Program-made: the position numbers and the translations under genes
The notes under the pieces: generated by a model
What the model was told of the DNA's origin: nothing
What the model saw: only the letters and a program-made list of their open reading frames with translations
Database searches by the model: none
Shown: piece by piece, positions 1 to 9,058 of the stretch
Layout of the letters: each line of letters starts with the position of its first letter
Position numbering within the stretch: the stretch's first letter is position 1
Assembly (NCBI GenBank): GCA_965228855.1
Contig: CBDDIJ010000005.1
Coordinates: 32,001 to 96,000 of the forward strand
Direction: 5' to 3'
DNA length: 64,000 nt
DNA from: Candidatus Obscuribacterales bacterium
GTDB lineage: Bacteria > Cyanobacteriota > Vampirovibrionia > Obscuribacterales > Obscuribacteraceae

Positions 1-615
1 GTAACCCCTCGTCTCTCTCCAGGCTTTCCGTCTTAACTCTCGCTCATACATTCGGATGATTCGATCAGTTGTGGACGCGTCGTGCTCGCCGTGGGCAGCG
101 CCTACATCAAGATTGGCTTTCAGTTTGGCAAGCTCGTTCAAATTCTCATCCGTCAACTCGACCTGCGCCAACTCTTCTTCCGTCGCCGTTCTCGCCAGTC
201 GAGCCTCCGCCTGCGAACGGCTCAGCGTGAAGGTCTCCTGATCCTCGGCTTCGGTAAAATGTTTTAAATCGAAGCGAATACCGTTGATCTGCAAACCCAC
301 CCCGCGCGCAAACGGCGCCAACTTCTTCATGAGTTGTCCACGATGGAAGCTGAGCTCCTGAGCCACTGTCGAATCTTTGACAGAAACCACGAGACTGCCC
401 TCGTGATCTATAAACAAAGGTCTTGAGACTTTCTTGAACGCTTCGTCGACCACGTCGTTCCACATCGCCATGAAAGCCTGCTCCTTCATGCGCTGCTCAA
501 GCCCATATTTACTGAGCACTTTGCTCAGCACAGTGCTCAACGAAGTGATCGAGCTTCGATTTCGCCTGCGCTGAAACGGTTTATTCTTGCTGTCCGACGA
601 GGAATCGTTATTCAT
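1..615 (-). CDS. DciA/DUF721-family protein (partial; runs off the window start)
   Basis: Not in the ORF track because there is no stop inside the window. Manual translation from ATG 615 is open to base 1: MNNDSSSDSKNKPFQRRRNRSSITSLSTVLSKVLSKYGLEQRMKEQAFMAMWNDVVDEAFKKVSRPLFIDHEGSLVVSVKDSTVAQELSFHRGQLMKKL...INGIRFDL. The W..VV / L.V.V.....AQEL / I..IRF pattern is typical of DUF721. Confidence 0.8.
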   Translation of the reverse strand, partial: MNNDSSSDSKNKPFQRRRNRSSITSLSTVLSKVLSKYGLEQRMKEQAFMAMWNDVVDEAFKKVSRPLFIDHEGSLVVSVKDSTVAQELSFHRGQLMKKLAPFARGVGLQINGIRFDLKHFTEAEDQETFTLSRSQAEARLARTATEEELAQVELTDENLNELAKLKANLDVGAAHGEHDASTTDRIIRMYERELRRKAWRETRGY

Positions 616-816
616 GCGGTCACCTGAGGTCGCCTATTGGCGCCGAGCTCCGTTGGTTACACATTATAGAATCTTACTGAGAATCTGGACCCATCAGGGA
701 AATTTTCCTCATATTTTTGCAGACGACCGTTCAACGGCAGCAGAACCTGAGATATAATCTGCCTTACTCGTCGTTTTTGACGAGACCAACACAGGGTTAA
801 GGCTGCTGGAGGTTCA

Positions 817-1173
817 ATGACGTCACCCGTGCGCTCTCACAATACTATTGAAGAACTTCAACGCAGATTCAAGCCAGAAAACGCTCGCAATCTTTCCGCA
901 ACGTATTTGATTACGATCCACGGAGAAGAAGGCGGCTCCTGGCTTACGAAGATCGCCGATGGCAACTGCGAATTTATCAAACAAGAAACACCGGACAATT
1001 CCAAAGCGGACTGCTGCATCTCAATAGCAGCCGAGGACCTCGAGTTCATCATGTCGGGTCAGATGACTGCCATGACAGCGGCACTTTCCGGCGTTCTCGC
1101 AATTGACGGAGAACTCGGGCTGGCTATGCAACTCGTCCCGATCTTCTTCGAAGGACAAGCACCGTTTATTTAA
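817..1173 (+). CDS. SCP2 sterol/lipid-binding domain protein
   Basis: GGAGG RBS upstream. Motifs ADCCISIAAEDLEFIMSGQ..AMTAALSGVLAIDGELGLAMQL match the SCP2 pattern. Confidence 0.85.
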   Translation: MTSPVRSHNTIEELQRRFKPENARNLSATYLITIHGEEGGSWLTKIADGNCEFIKQETPDNSKADCCISIAAEDLEFIMSGQMTAMTAALSGVLAIDGELGLAMQLVPIFFEGQAPFI

Positions 1174-1199
1174 ATTCGCTCATTGGATCGAGCGAGTTT
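1174..1199. terminator. hairpin between convergent transcripts; possible bidirectional terminator
   Basis: Stem TCGCTC-N8-GAGCGA flanked by A/T-rich bases, directly after the SCP2 stop codon. Confidence 0.45.
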
Positions 1200-1355
1200 A
1201 TCCAAGTGCTAAGATTCAATCTGAATTGCCGGGCTCAAGTCGCAGGCAAACTCTTCTAAGGAACCGTCCATGACGGTTCCTATTTGCTTTTGGGGACCGT
1301 AGTATGCGATATCGCCGGCGGTGCCAGCCGTTGTGAAACGGAAAGCAAGTGACAA
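1197..1355 (-). ncRNA. ssrS: probable 6S RNA (boundaries approximate)
   Basis: Intergenic stretch folding into a long irregular rod: GCCGG/CCGGC, TCGCA/TGCGA, GCAAA/TTTGC and a perfect apical stem AGGAACCGTC-ATG-GACGGTTCCT, with asymmetric bubbles. Minus-strand segments CCGTTTCACAACGGCTGGCACCGCCGG and GCGACTTGAGCCCGGCAATTCAG resemble cyanobacterial 6S motifs as I recall them. No covariance search was run. Confidence 0.55.
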
Positions 1356-2255
1356 TCAGTCAGATCTCATTCCTCTGAGACCAGCCTTCATGCAATCCGA
1401 CGGGACAGCCCGTCCAGTCCATATCTCGAAGGCACGCGCGGCTTGATACACAAGCATATCCAGACCATCGACGGAAGAAAGCGATAGCGCTCGAGCCCGT
1501 TCTTCCAGAACAGTGGGATACTCGTTTTTCGAATACACGAGATCGTAAACCAGCGTGCGTTTATCCAACCGGGCAAGAGCTTCCGAAAACCAGTCAGGAA
1601 GCGGTTCACCGTTTTGCCCAGCCGGAGTTGCATTAACCAATAAAAATTTAGCGGATAAAGATTCTTCGTTCAGATGCTCAACAGATCGCAACATTGATCC
1701 TTCAATAAGCAGTTGGCCTCTCGGTCCTAAAGAATTCGCGATTTCAACGACGAAGTTACTGGACTTTCTAAAATCGCGTCCGAATATCGATATATCCAGA
1801 AAGCCCATTTCGCATAACCCGGCAACCACGGCTTTGGCTGCGCCTCCACAACCGATTACTAAAACCGATTTCGACCAATTAGTATCAATGTTTTCTCTAT
1901 CAATTGCGTCGCTGAGCGCTCGCGAAAATCCGTAGACATCGGTATTATGTCCAACCGTTTTGCCACCAGAAAAGACTATTGTGTTGACCGCCCCGACACT
2001 CCTTGCGTCTTCCACAACCTCGTCTAAAAGCGGTATGACCGCTTGTTTATGCGGGATAGTGACATTCACTCCATCGAATCCTGAACGCTTAAGCTCGTCG
2101 AATTTAACGGCTAACTGAGCCGCTTGTATATCTAGTAGACGATATTCGCCATCTAGGCGGTGAAACGAAAGCGCCGCCTCGTGAAGAAGCGGCGACAATG
2201 AATGTTTTACTGGATGCCCGATTAATCCCAACAGATATTGTTTCTTGCTGGGCAC
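1356..2255 (-). CDS. aroE: shikimate dehydrogenase
   Basis: Motifs GHPVKHSLSP, GVNVTIPHK, GAVNT, NTDVYG, GCGGAA, NATP, DLVY, DGLDMLVYQA. Confidence 0.95.
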   Translation of the reverse strand: MPSKKQYLLGLIGHPVKHSLSPLLHEAALSFHRLDGEYRLLDIQAAQLAVKFDELKRSGFDGVNVTIPHKQAVIPLLDEVVEDARSVGAVNTIVFSGGKTVGHNTDVYGFSRALSDAIDRENIDTNWSKSVLVIGCGGAAKAVVAGLCEMGFLDISIFGRDFRKSSNFVVEIANSLGPRGQLLIEGSMLRSVEHLNEESLSAKFLLVNATPAGQNGEPLPDWFSEALARLDKRTLVYDLVYSKNEYPTVLEERARALSLSSVDGLDMLVYQAARAFEIWTGRAVPSDCMKAGLRGMRSD

Positions 2256-2266
2256 AATCGCAACTA

Positions 2267-2698
2267 CTAGTAGTTTTTCGTCTGAACAGTAGCTACGCGC
2301 ATCTTACTGATGCCGGACTGCGAACAAGCGGTCATGATGTGCACCACATCCTTTTGTTTGCAGTCTCCATCCGCATTTACCGTAACTGGTACGTCTTTGA
2401 CACCGATAGAGTTGATGACCTCTTGCAGCTTGGTCTGAATACCAGCTGGACTCGTGTCTTGAAGCGTCTTTCCGTTGATTGCGATTTGACCTTCTTTCGA
2501 AACATCAATCATAATCGACTTGGTCCGCGCGTTTTCTTTCTTCGCGTGGTAAGTCTCCGGCGGTTTGATCTTCAGTTCTGATTTGTCGATCAAAGGCGCA
2601 ATCAAGATCATGATTACGAGGAGCACCAAGAACACATCGGTTAGAGGAGTAATATTAATGTCGGTGAATACTTCAGCACCGCCGCCTCCCATAGCCAT
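2267..2698 (-). CDS. exbD: ExbD/TolR biopolymer transport protein
   Basis: INITPLTDVFLVLLVIMIL transmembrane motif with the conserved Asp; lies downstream of exbB. Confidence 0.9.
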   Translation of the reverse strand: MAMGGGGAEVFTDINITPLTDVFLVLLVIMILIAPLIDKSELKIKPPETYHAKKENARTKSIMIDVSKEGQIAINGKTLQDTSPAGIQTKLQEVINSIGVKDVPVTVNADGDCKQKDVVHIMTACSQSGISKMRVATVQTKNY

Positions 2699-2745
2699 TC
2701 TCGATCACCCCCTTCTTAAATTCGAATCAATCATTCAGACGCTGA

Positions 2746-3390
2746 CTATTTGTATGAACCGCTGGCTTCTTCGCTGGCGACAAAGCTGAGGAAGAGAAGC
2801 TTCAGAAGCTGGAAGTCGTCGTTGAAACGCTTAACGGTGTTTGTATACCAGTTGTTGAACACAACCGCGAGGATAGCGACAATCAGACCGTATCCTGTTG
2901 CGATAAGAGCCTTCGCAACACCGATAACGACTGTCTGCGTACCGCCACCGGATGCGCCGAGTTCGTCCAGCGTGAAAACTACACCGACCACAGTCCCGAA
3001 CAGTCCAAGGAAGGGGCAGGTAGCGCCAATAGTTCCAAGAATCGCCAGGTGTTTTTCCAGTTTGCGTGATACCAGTCCAACAGTGATGTCGAATGCTTTG
3101 GAGAAGTCTTCTTTCTGTTCAGCAAGAAGTCTTACGCCTTCTTCTGCAACTTCGCCAATTACTCCACCGAGACGGCTGCAGGTTTGCTGCGCCTTTTGCA
3201 AATTGTTGTTTTCCAACTCGCGCTGCAACTGGTGAATGAACGCAGTCACGTCACGACGATTTTGCTGGTAATACAGGTAGCGCTCAACAATTACGGCGAG
3301 CGTAGCGACCGAGCACAATGTGATTGGAATCGATGCGAACCAATCCTGCATCATGAAGTCGAGGAAGTAGGTTAGAAATTTGTTCTCCAT
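2746..3390 (-). CDS. exbB: ExbB/TolQ/MotA proton channel protein
   Basis: Motifs IGATCPFLGLFGTVVG and GVAKALIATGYGLIVAI. Confidence 0.9.
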   Translation of the reverse strand: MENKFLTYFLDFMMQDWFASIPITLCSVATLAVIVERYLYYQQNRRDVTAFIHQLQRELENNNLQKAQQTCSRLGGVIGEVAEEGVRLLAEQKEDFSKAFDITVGLVSRKLEKHLAILGTIGATCPFLGLFGTVVGVVFTLDELGASGGGTQTVVIGVAKALIATGYGLIVAILAVVFNNWYTNTVKRFNDDFQLLKLLFLSFVASEEASGSYK

Positions 3391-3450
3391 TATTACTCCT
3401 AGTTGAGTTCACTCTCCCTAATTGAGATCACTCCCAGCCGTATGAGTCTA

Positions 3451-5181
3451 TCAGAATCGGCGGAATACGCCACCACTACCGGACCCCTTGAAGACGTTGT
3501 AGTCGAATGTAAATTGGATATCTACATCCTCTGGCGCCCCATCTGGTAACGGTCTGAACGGTGCCGCGTTTTGTACAGCCTTGAGTGCGGCCTGATCCGC
3601 TATCGCCAGGCCTGAGCCGCCAGCCAACCGGAGGTTAGACATGGTGCCGTTTGAATGAATTTTGAATATAACTGAAACCCGTTTACTTTCGTTACCTTTC
3701 GGCGGGAACCATGCTCGTTTGATACGACGTTGCAAGTCCGCCATGTATGGTCCGAAGTCCACGTCTTTCTGTGCCGCCAGCGATGGACGACCTGGCTTGG
3801 CGCCTTTGTCCGGGTTGCCCTCGGAGCCTTCGCCGCCACCACCACCGCCACTGCCGGCGGATGGTCTGGGGACGCTCGGATTGACCGCCATGGACGGACC
3901 GGAGTCACCGCCACCGCTACCACTACCCGAGCCGGACCCGGCACGAGAAGGAGCAGGGGCAGCCGATGGTCCGCTGCCGGATCCACCCTTGGAGTGCGAG
4001 CCTCCGCCGCCACCAGCCATCACTGGAACCGGTGAACGTGCACCGCCACCGCCGGAAGTTCCACGCGTGCTGATCGAAGCGATCGGCGCGGGCATGCTGC
4101 CGGACGAGCTGCTCGGAAGAGCTGCGATCGCAGGCGATGGCGCCGCCGGTGCTCCGACCTTACCGATGGAAACCGGCGCAGGCACTGGAGTCGGATTGGC
4201 TCTCGGCGAAGCGGCCGGAGCGGCGAAAGGATTCGGCAATGCCAAAGGCATTTTAGAGGGAGCCGGAGTCGGGCTCGGCGTAGGCGTCGGCGTAGCCATC
4301 GGAGCGGGCGACGGACTCGGTCTCGGCGTAGGAGTAGGAGTCGGAGCCGCAGACGGCGACGGTCGTGGCGTCGGGCGCGGAGTCGGCTGGGCAGACGGTC
4401 TGGGCGTCGGTGTCGGCGCCGGAGCTTGTTTTTGCTCGACCGGTTTAGGTGTCGGACGCGCCTGCGGTTTCGGCGTCGGAGCAGCCTGGCTAGGCTGTTT
4501 CGGTGCAGGCGACGGAGGCGCTACTTTCTTTTGAGGATTGTGCTGCCCTCTGTTTTCCGAATTGTGCTCAGCTTTTCGCTTGGCGCGAATTTGTTTTTTG
4601 ACTTCAGGTTGGTTCTGAATAAATTCGATATCCGTCACCTGCACTTTCGGAGGCGGCGGAATTAAGAAGAAAAACGCAAGAATCAAGCATGTCGCCATCA
4701 ATGCGACGTGAAACAGATACGACCCACTCGACGCCTCAGGCATATCCATGACGGCATCGGCATATATCTGCTTGCGCTGAATAACCGCGGCATGGTCGTA
4801 AGCGTCGCGCATGCAGAACGCGGTAAACGAGAGAAACAAACCGATAATGATCATCGACGCCGGATTACCCAGGCGGAAGTTCATCATGCTGGCGATAAGC
4901 TGTTTGTTCGGCTCCATATTGAAGCCGAGAGCAAAGGTATACAGCGACTGCAGCAGCGACTCGTTGAACATCAATCCCAGGAAGACCAGGAAGTTGATGA
5001 ATCCAACCGACAGGAAGAGCATGCCCTTCCGCGTCTCGCCGTTGTAGAGCTGACCTAACCCGGGCAAAATAGACAGCATTCCTGCCATCGTCGGGTCTTT
5101 TTGAGGCCGGTCACTATTTTTCGCGTATGTAGCCATGGAAGTTGGTTTCCGTACCAGAGTAGTAAGTCGCAGAGGTCCCAT
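3451..5181 (-). CDS. TonB-family energy transducer with an N-terminal multi-TM domain and a long Pro/Gly/Ser-rich linker (start may be ATG 5136)
   Basis: C-terminal TonB/TolA domain (YMADLQRRIKRAWFPP...FKIHSNG...DQAALKAVQNAAPFRPLP). PT/PS repeats in the linker. First gene of the exbB-exbD operon. Confidence 0.85.
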   Translation of the reverse strand: MGPLRLTTLVRKPTSMATYAKNSDRPQKDPTMAGMLSILPGLGQLYNGETRKGMLFLSVGFINFLVFLGLMFNESLLQSLYTFALGFNMEPNKQLIASMMNFRLGNPASMIIIGLFLSFTAFCMRDAYDHAAVIQRKQIYADAVMDMPEASSGSYLFHVALMATCLILAFFFLIPPPPKVQVTDIEFIQNQPEVKKQIRAKRKAEHNSENRGQHNPQKKVAPPSPAPKQPSQAAPTPKPQARPTPKPVEQKQAPAPTPTPRPSAQPTPRPTPRPSPSAAPTPTPTPRPSPSPAPMATPTPTPSPTPAPSKMPLALPNPFAAPAASPRANPTPVPAPVSIGKVGAPAAPSPAIAALPSSSSGSMPAPIASISTRGTSGGGGARSPVPVMAGGGGGSHSKGGSGSGPSAAPAPSRAGSGSGSGSGGGDSGPSMAVNPSVPRPSAGSGGGGGGEGSEGNPDKGAKPGRPSLAAQKDVDFGPYMADLQRRIKRAWFPPKGNESKRVSVIFKIHSNGTMSNLRLAGGSGLAIADQAALKAVQNAAPFRPLPDGAPEDVDIQFTFDYNVFKGSGSGGVFRRF

Positions 5182-5603
5182 TGAACTCTTCAGCAGGGAT
5201 TAGCCGCGGAGCGATTCTATTAGTTACGACCAGAAACAAGGGAAAATGTTTCTGTTTCGCGCAACTGTTGGCATTGAACCCACTTTAAAGAGTGTCCTAA
5301 CCGAATAAACAGCCGCCTTTTATGTTAACGAAAACTAAGTATATCACTTCTATATCTTCGTTTTTATCGCTCAAAGCCAGAATACAACGGGTTTCCAGTT
5401 GATATCTAGAGGTCTGTTCGCATACGCAAAGTTAGGCGCGGCGACAGGAGTTAAACTCACTATATCGCCAAAGCCTCAAGCGCCGCACGGCGCTTTGGGT
5501 TGAACAACACTCAGGACTTTCCCGAACGAAATCCTAGGGTAAACCCTGACATGACCTTCTTCTGGTTCTAAACCGCTTTATCAGCCGGCCGTTCTCTAAC
5601 CGA

Positions 5604-6653
5604 TTACATGCTCAAGTTGGGCATACGCAGCTCTTCAGCGAGCTCGATTTTGAGTTCGTCGCCAGGCCGCACTTCAACTTTCTTGCCTTTCTTCGACAAG
5701 AGAATCGCAACACCGACCGCGATACCAACACCAGCACCGATCATAGCGCCGCCTGCGCGACTGATGCTGCTGTTGCTGTTGCTGGTCGAGCTATTGTTAT
5801 TGTTGCCGGATCCGGCAGCCAGAGCGCCAACGCCCAGACCGACGAGGGTAGGGAGCGCAACCGCACCGGTGTCGAACGCTATGTCTTTCAGACCACGTCT
5901 GGCATGTACAACTCCGCCGCGAGCAACGAGATTTGCGACGATTGGAATCGAGCGATTGTCAGGCGTCGTGATCGTGTCGAATTTCAAACCTACGGAACCG
6001 GATCGGTTCAAGTGCTTCGGCGAGTTCAACTGGGCGATTCTACCTTTGATAATTGAGCCGGCAGGAACGATGGTTGATCCGTCGATACTCAAGTCTTCCG
6101 ATGTACGGGCTGCGAATTCATCGCCCTCCTGGCTGGTATCGGAATCAACAGCCGTGTCCATAATGATCGGAATTTTTGTTCCGGTTGGAACAACTTTAAC
6201 GTAACCTTTTAAAACTTTCTTGCCGGAAGAATCCGTCGTTTCACCTGTGGTTTCACTCGCAGTCTCGGTCTTCGAACTGGCGTCATCAGTGGTACCACTG
6301 GCGGTTGGTGTGGACGCTTCATCGCTCGATGATGTCTGAGTCTTGGTGACAGGCGGAGTGTCGTCGACGCTAGGCGTTTCGGCTTGCATCTCGGAATTCA
6401 TCGGCACTGAAAAATGATTGCCGGTCGTCGAATCACCCATGCCGCTCGGCGCTTCGTCCGACGGTTCGGAATCCGAGGACGAACTCTCAGGATTGTATAT
6501 CTTGAAATTGAGTTGGGGCTCATCGCCAGCCAGTGCTGGTGTAGTAACAGTTCCGCCAAGCATGAGAAGCGAGAGCGAAATCGCTATGAAAGAGCTACCG
6601 TTCCGAGACATTTTTATTCTCCATTGAGCTTTCGAAAGATTCTTTCGATGCAA
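5604..6653 (-). CDS. exported protein with a TrbI/VirB10-like beta domain and glycine-zipper hairpin (start probably ATG 6611)
   Basis: Signal peptide ending TTPALA, then a Ser/Thr/Asp-rich linker, then VPTGTKIPIIMDTAVDS..GDEF.A.....I.GS.IVPAGS.IKG and GGAMIGAGVGIAVG. Confidence 0.6.
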   Translation of the reverse strand: MHRKNLSKAQWRIKMSRNGSSFIAISLSLLMLGGTVTTPALAGDEPQLNFKIYNPESSSSDSEPSDEAPSGMGDSTTGNHFSVPMNSEMQAETPSVDDTPPVTKTQTSSSDEASTPTASGTTDDASSKTETASETTGETTDSSGKKVLKGYVKVVPTGTKIPIIMDTAVDSDTSQEGDEFAARTSEDLSIDGSTIVPAGSIIKGRIAQLNSPKHLNRSGSVGLKFDTITTPDNRSIPIVANLVARGGVVHARRGLKDIAFDTGAVALPTLVGLGVGALAAGSGNNNNSSTSNSNSSISRAGGAMIGAGVGIAVGVAILLSKKGKKVEVRPGDELKIELAEELRMPNLSM

Positions 6654-6942
6654 CCATTAAACCTGCCAGGGTTTTGTTCGACTGATTATCGGCAGACCGA
6701 AAGCAGTCAAGTGGAGCAGTCAGTCTAACACGCTTGCCAGGATGTCGAAATTAGCGATTGCTAGTAATGTGTACAAATCGGACCGAAAGCGAAACCGGTG
6801 CTTCCTTAACAGGCGCAACGTCAAGGATAGCTTGAAGCAGTTTTTGTAAACCGCTGTTAGCTATTACCATCAATGGTGAATTAAACTAAATACAAATGAG
6901 AAGTGAAAGGCCGCCACTTTTGGCCGCCCAGAGGTACCGCAA

Positions 6943-8859
6943 GTGATTCAATGCCCAATTTGCCAGGTCCTGAACGAAGACGCAGCCTTATTCTGTGCCG
7001 AATGCGGACAACGCTTCAATCAGGCTCCGACGAGTGCGCCGCCGCAGCAGCCGGCTGCGCAGCCATATCAGCCACCTCTGCAGGCATCGAATCAACCACC
7101 ACTGCAAACTCCGCATCAGCCGCCCTCGCAACTCGACACATTGCCGCCGGACCAACCGCCGAAACCTTCTAAGCCCAAACTCAGATCGCCAATGCTTGGC
7201 GCAGTGGAAGAGGAAGACGGTTATGAAAAGCCACAGATGAGCAAGCTCAGAGGAACGAGTTCTGCTCGGCAAGAAGGTTCCACCACAGGGAAAAAACATT
7301 TGCGCTCGCCGCTGCTTGGCGGTGACGATGACGACGACTCCTACGATGATGACCAGGAATCAAGCCGCTCCAGCCGCGGAAAAGGCAAGAAAAGTTCTGA
7401 ATCGCAAGAATCGACCGCAGCCAGGAAGAAGCGACTGCGCTCGCCCCTCTTGGGCGAGGATGATGACGACGACGGCGACAATGACGAGGATTTCGCGCCT
7501 GAGCCAGGTACGAAAAAACATCTACACTCTCCGCTCCTCGGCGACAGCGGTCCGTCACGCGGTGGCGGAAAGAGCGCAAAGAAAGGACCGTTGCGCTCGC
7601 CGCTCCTGAGCGGTGACGACGATTTTGACGAGGACGAGCCACCACGTTCTTCCAAGAAGGGCCTGCGCTCACCGATGCTCGGAGGCGAAAGCGATCCGGG
7701 AGAGCATCACGGAGCAGGAAGGCACCACAAAGGTGGCTTGCATTCGCCACTGCTCGGCGATGCGGATGATTATGATGACGACGAACCTTCTCCACGTCGA
7801 GCACCTATGGGTGGTGCCACCACCGGTGGCAAGCCGAAGCTGCGTTCAAGCCTGCTTGGCGGCGGCGGCGGATACGATGACGACGACTATGATGACGATT
7901 GGGATGACGAAGATGACGACAACCCTGACGTTTTACGCTCTCCGTTGTTAGCAGCGAAGAAGAAAAAACGGCCCAAGCCGGAAGCACCACATGCGGAGGC
8001 AGCGCCAGGACCGGCAGCGCACATGCAAGCTGCACCACCGCAACCAGCGCCACCCGCCTTTCCAGGACAACCGTCGGCACCTTTCCCTGGTCCAGCTGAA
8101 CCACAGCCGCCCTGGCAAAACACAGGAGCTCCACCGATTCCCGGAGCCGCTCCGCAGGGATGGCCGGGCGGAACTCAACCTCAACCTGGCCAACCGTGGC
8201 CTCCACAAGGTCAGCAACCCGCTCATAACCCGCCACTGCCGGCAGGGTCAGTTCCTGGAACGCCACCATGGCAAAATCGCATGGACGGTGGTCCTGCGTC
8301 AGCTCCAGCGTTAGACATGGCAAGAGCAGCAGAAGTGCCGGCTATCGTAGACGACAACGACGAATTTCGATTGGATATATCCGCGCCAAGTCTACCGCAG
8401 GCAAACTTTCCGCCGAGCGAATCCTTATCATCGCCACCACGGCCGGTTCCGCACCAAGAAGCATCACGTCCCGAACCTCCTAAAAGAGGTAGGAGCGAAG
8501 ATGACGACGAAGATGATCTGAACGGTCCTAAAGACAGACGGGTGCGCGTTGAGCGCAGAAAAATGCCGGATCGCAGGTTCTCATCCTTATTAGACGAGAA
8601 AGGGTCATCCGGCGGAGCGCCGAATTACGATGACGACTATTCGGTTGGTAGACCTCAGGGGCCAGCAGCGAACGCAGGAATGGCCAAGATGATGCTCGGT
8701 CTGGGCGCACTGGCGATGGGCTTCAAAATCTATCAGTTTATGGAAGTGTCCAAGAGCTGGGATCTTTCTAAGTTACCGATGTTTGTCGCCGAACAATTCT
8801 TTAGCGGCCTTGCCATTGTTGGTCTGATAGTTTTGGCGCTAAGTTGTATGAAGAAATAG
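6943..8859 (+). CDS. zinc-ribbon protein with a long disordered region (9x LRSPLLG motif) and two C-terminal TM helices
   Basis: N-terminal CPIC..N...A.FCAECG zinc ribbon. Pro-rich and Asp-rich low-complexity middle. Hydrophobic C-terminus. GAGG RBS before the GTG start. Confidence 0.85.
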   Translation: MIQCPICQVLNEDAALFCAECGQRFNQAPTSAPPQQPAAQPYQPPLQASNQPPLQTPHQPPSQLDTLPPDQPPKPSKPKLRSPMLGAVEEEDGYEKPQMSKLRGTSSARQEGSTTGKKHLRSPLLGGDDDDDSYDDDQESSRSSRGKGKKSSESQESTAARKKRLRSPLLGEDDDDDGDNDEDFAPEPGTKKHLHSPLLGDSGPSRGGGKSAKKGPLRSPLLSGDDDFDEDEPPRSSKKGLRSPMLGGESDPGEHHGAGRHHKGGLHSPLLGDADDYDDDEPSPRRAPMGGATTGGKPKLRSSLLGGGGGYDDDDYDDDWDDEDDDNPDVLRSPLLAAKKKKRPKPEAPHAEAAPGPAAHMQAAPPQPAPPAFPGQPSAPFPGPAEPQPPWQNTGAPPIPGAAPQGWPGGTQPQPGQPWPPQGQQPAHNPPLPAGSVPGTPPWQNRMDGGPASAPALDMARAAEVPAIVDDNDEFRLDISAPSLPQANFPPSESLSSPPRPVPHQEASRPEPPKRGRSEDDDEDDLNGPKDRRVRVERRKMPDRRFSSLLDEKGSSGGAPNYDDDYSVGRPQGPAANAGMAKMMLGLGALAMGFKIYQFMEVSKSWDLSKLPMFVAEQFFSGLAIVGLIVLALSCMKK

Positions 8860-9058
8860 GTAAGCAGTTTTTAACCCAGAGACTGCTCGCTTGCCTTCAG
8901 GCCTTACCAGCTTGGCAAAACATAACATTCCAAGAGATACCAGCGTGGTATAGTTGGCTCGTTCTCAGGAACCTTTCTAGCATTCGTTGAATCTTCAGAT
9001 CCCGAGTCGTACATCGTCACTCAATTTGAAGTTTTCATCATCTGTACAGGTAGATCTA

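Noticed and set aside
4124..4131. GCGATCGC (cyanobacterial HIP1 site)
   Set aside because: Only sporadic occurrences were noticed and no obvious enrichment; I did not count exhaustively.
3662..4534. 290-aa Gly/Val/Ala-rich + strand ORF
   Set aside because: Antisense shadow of the Pro-rich TonB linker.
5604..6653. Type IV secretion or conjugation locus suggested by the VirB10-like domain
   Set aside because: No other T4SS genes nearby; similar standalone domains occur in envelope proteins.
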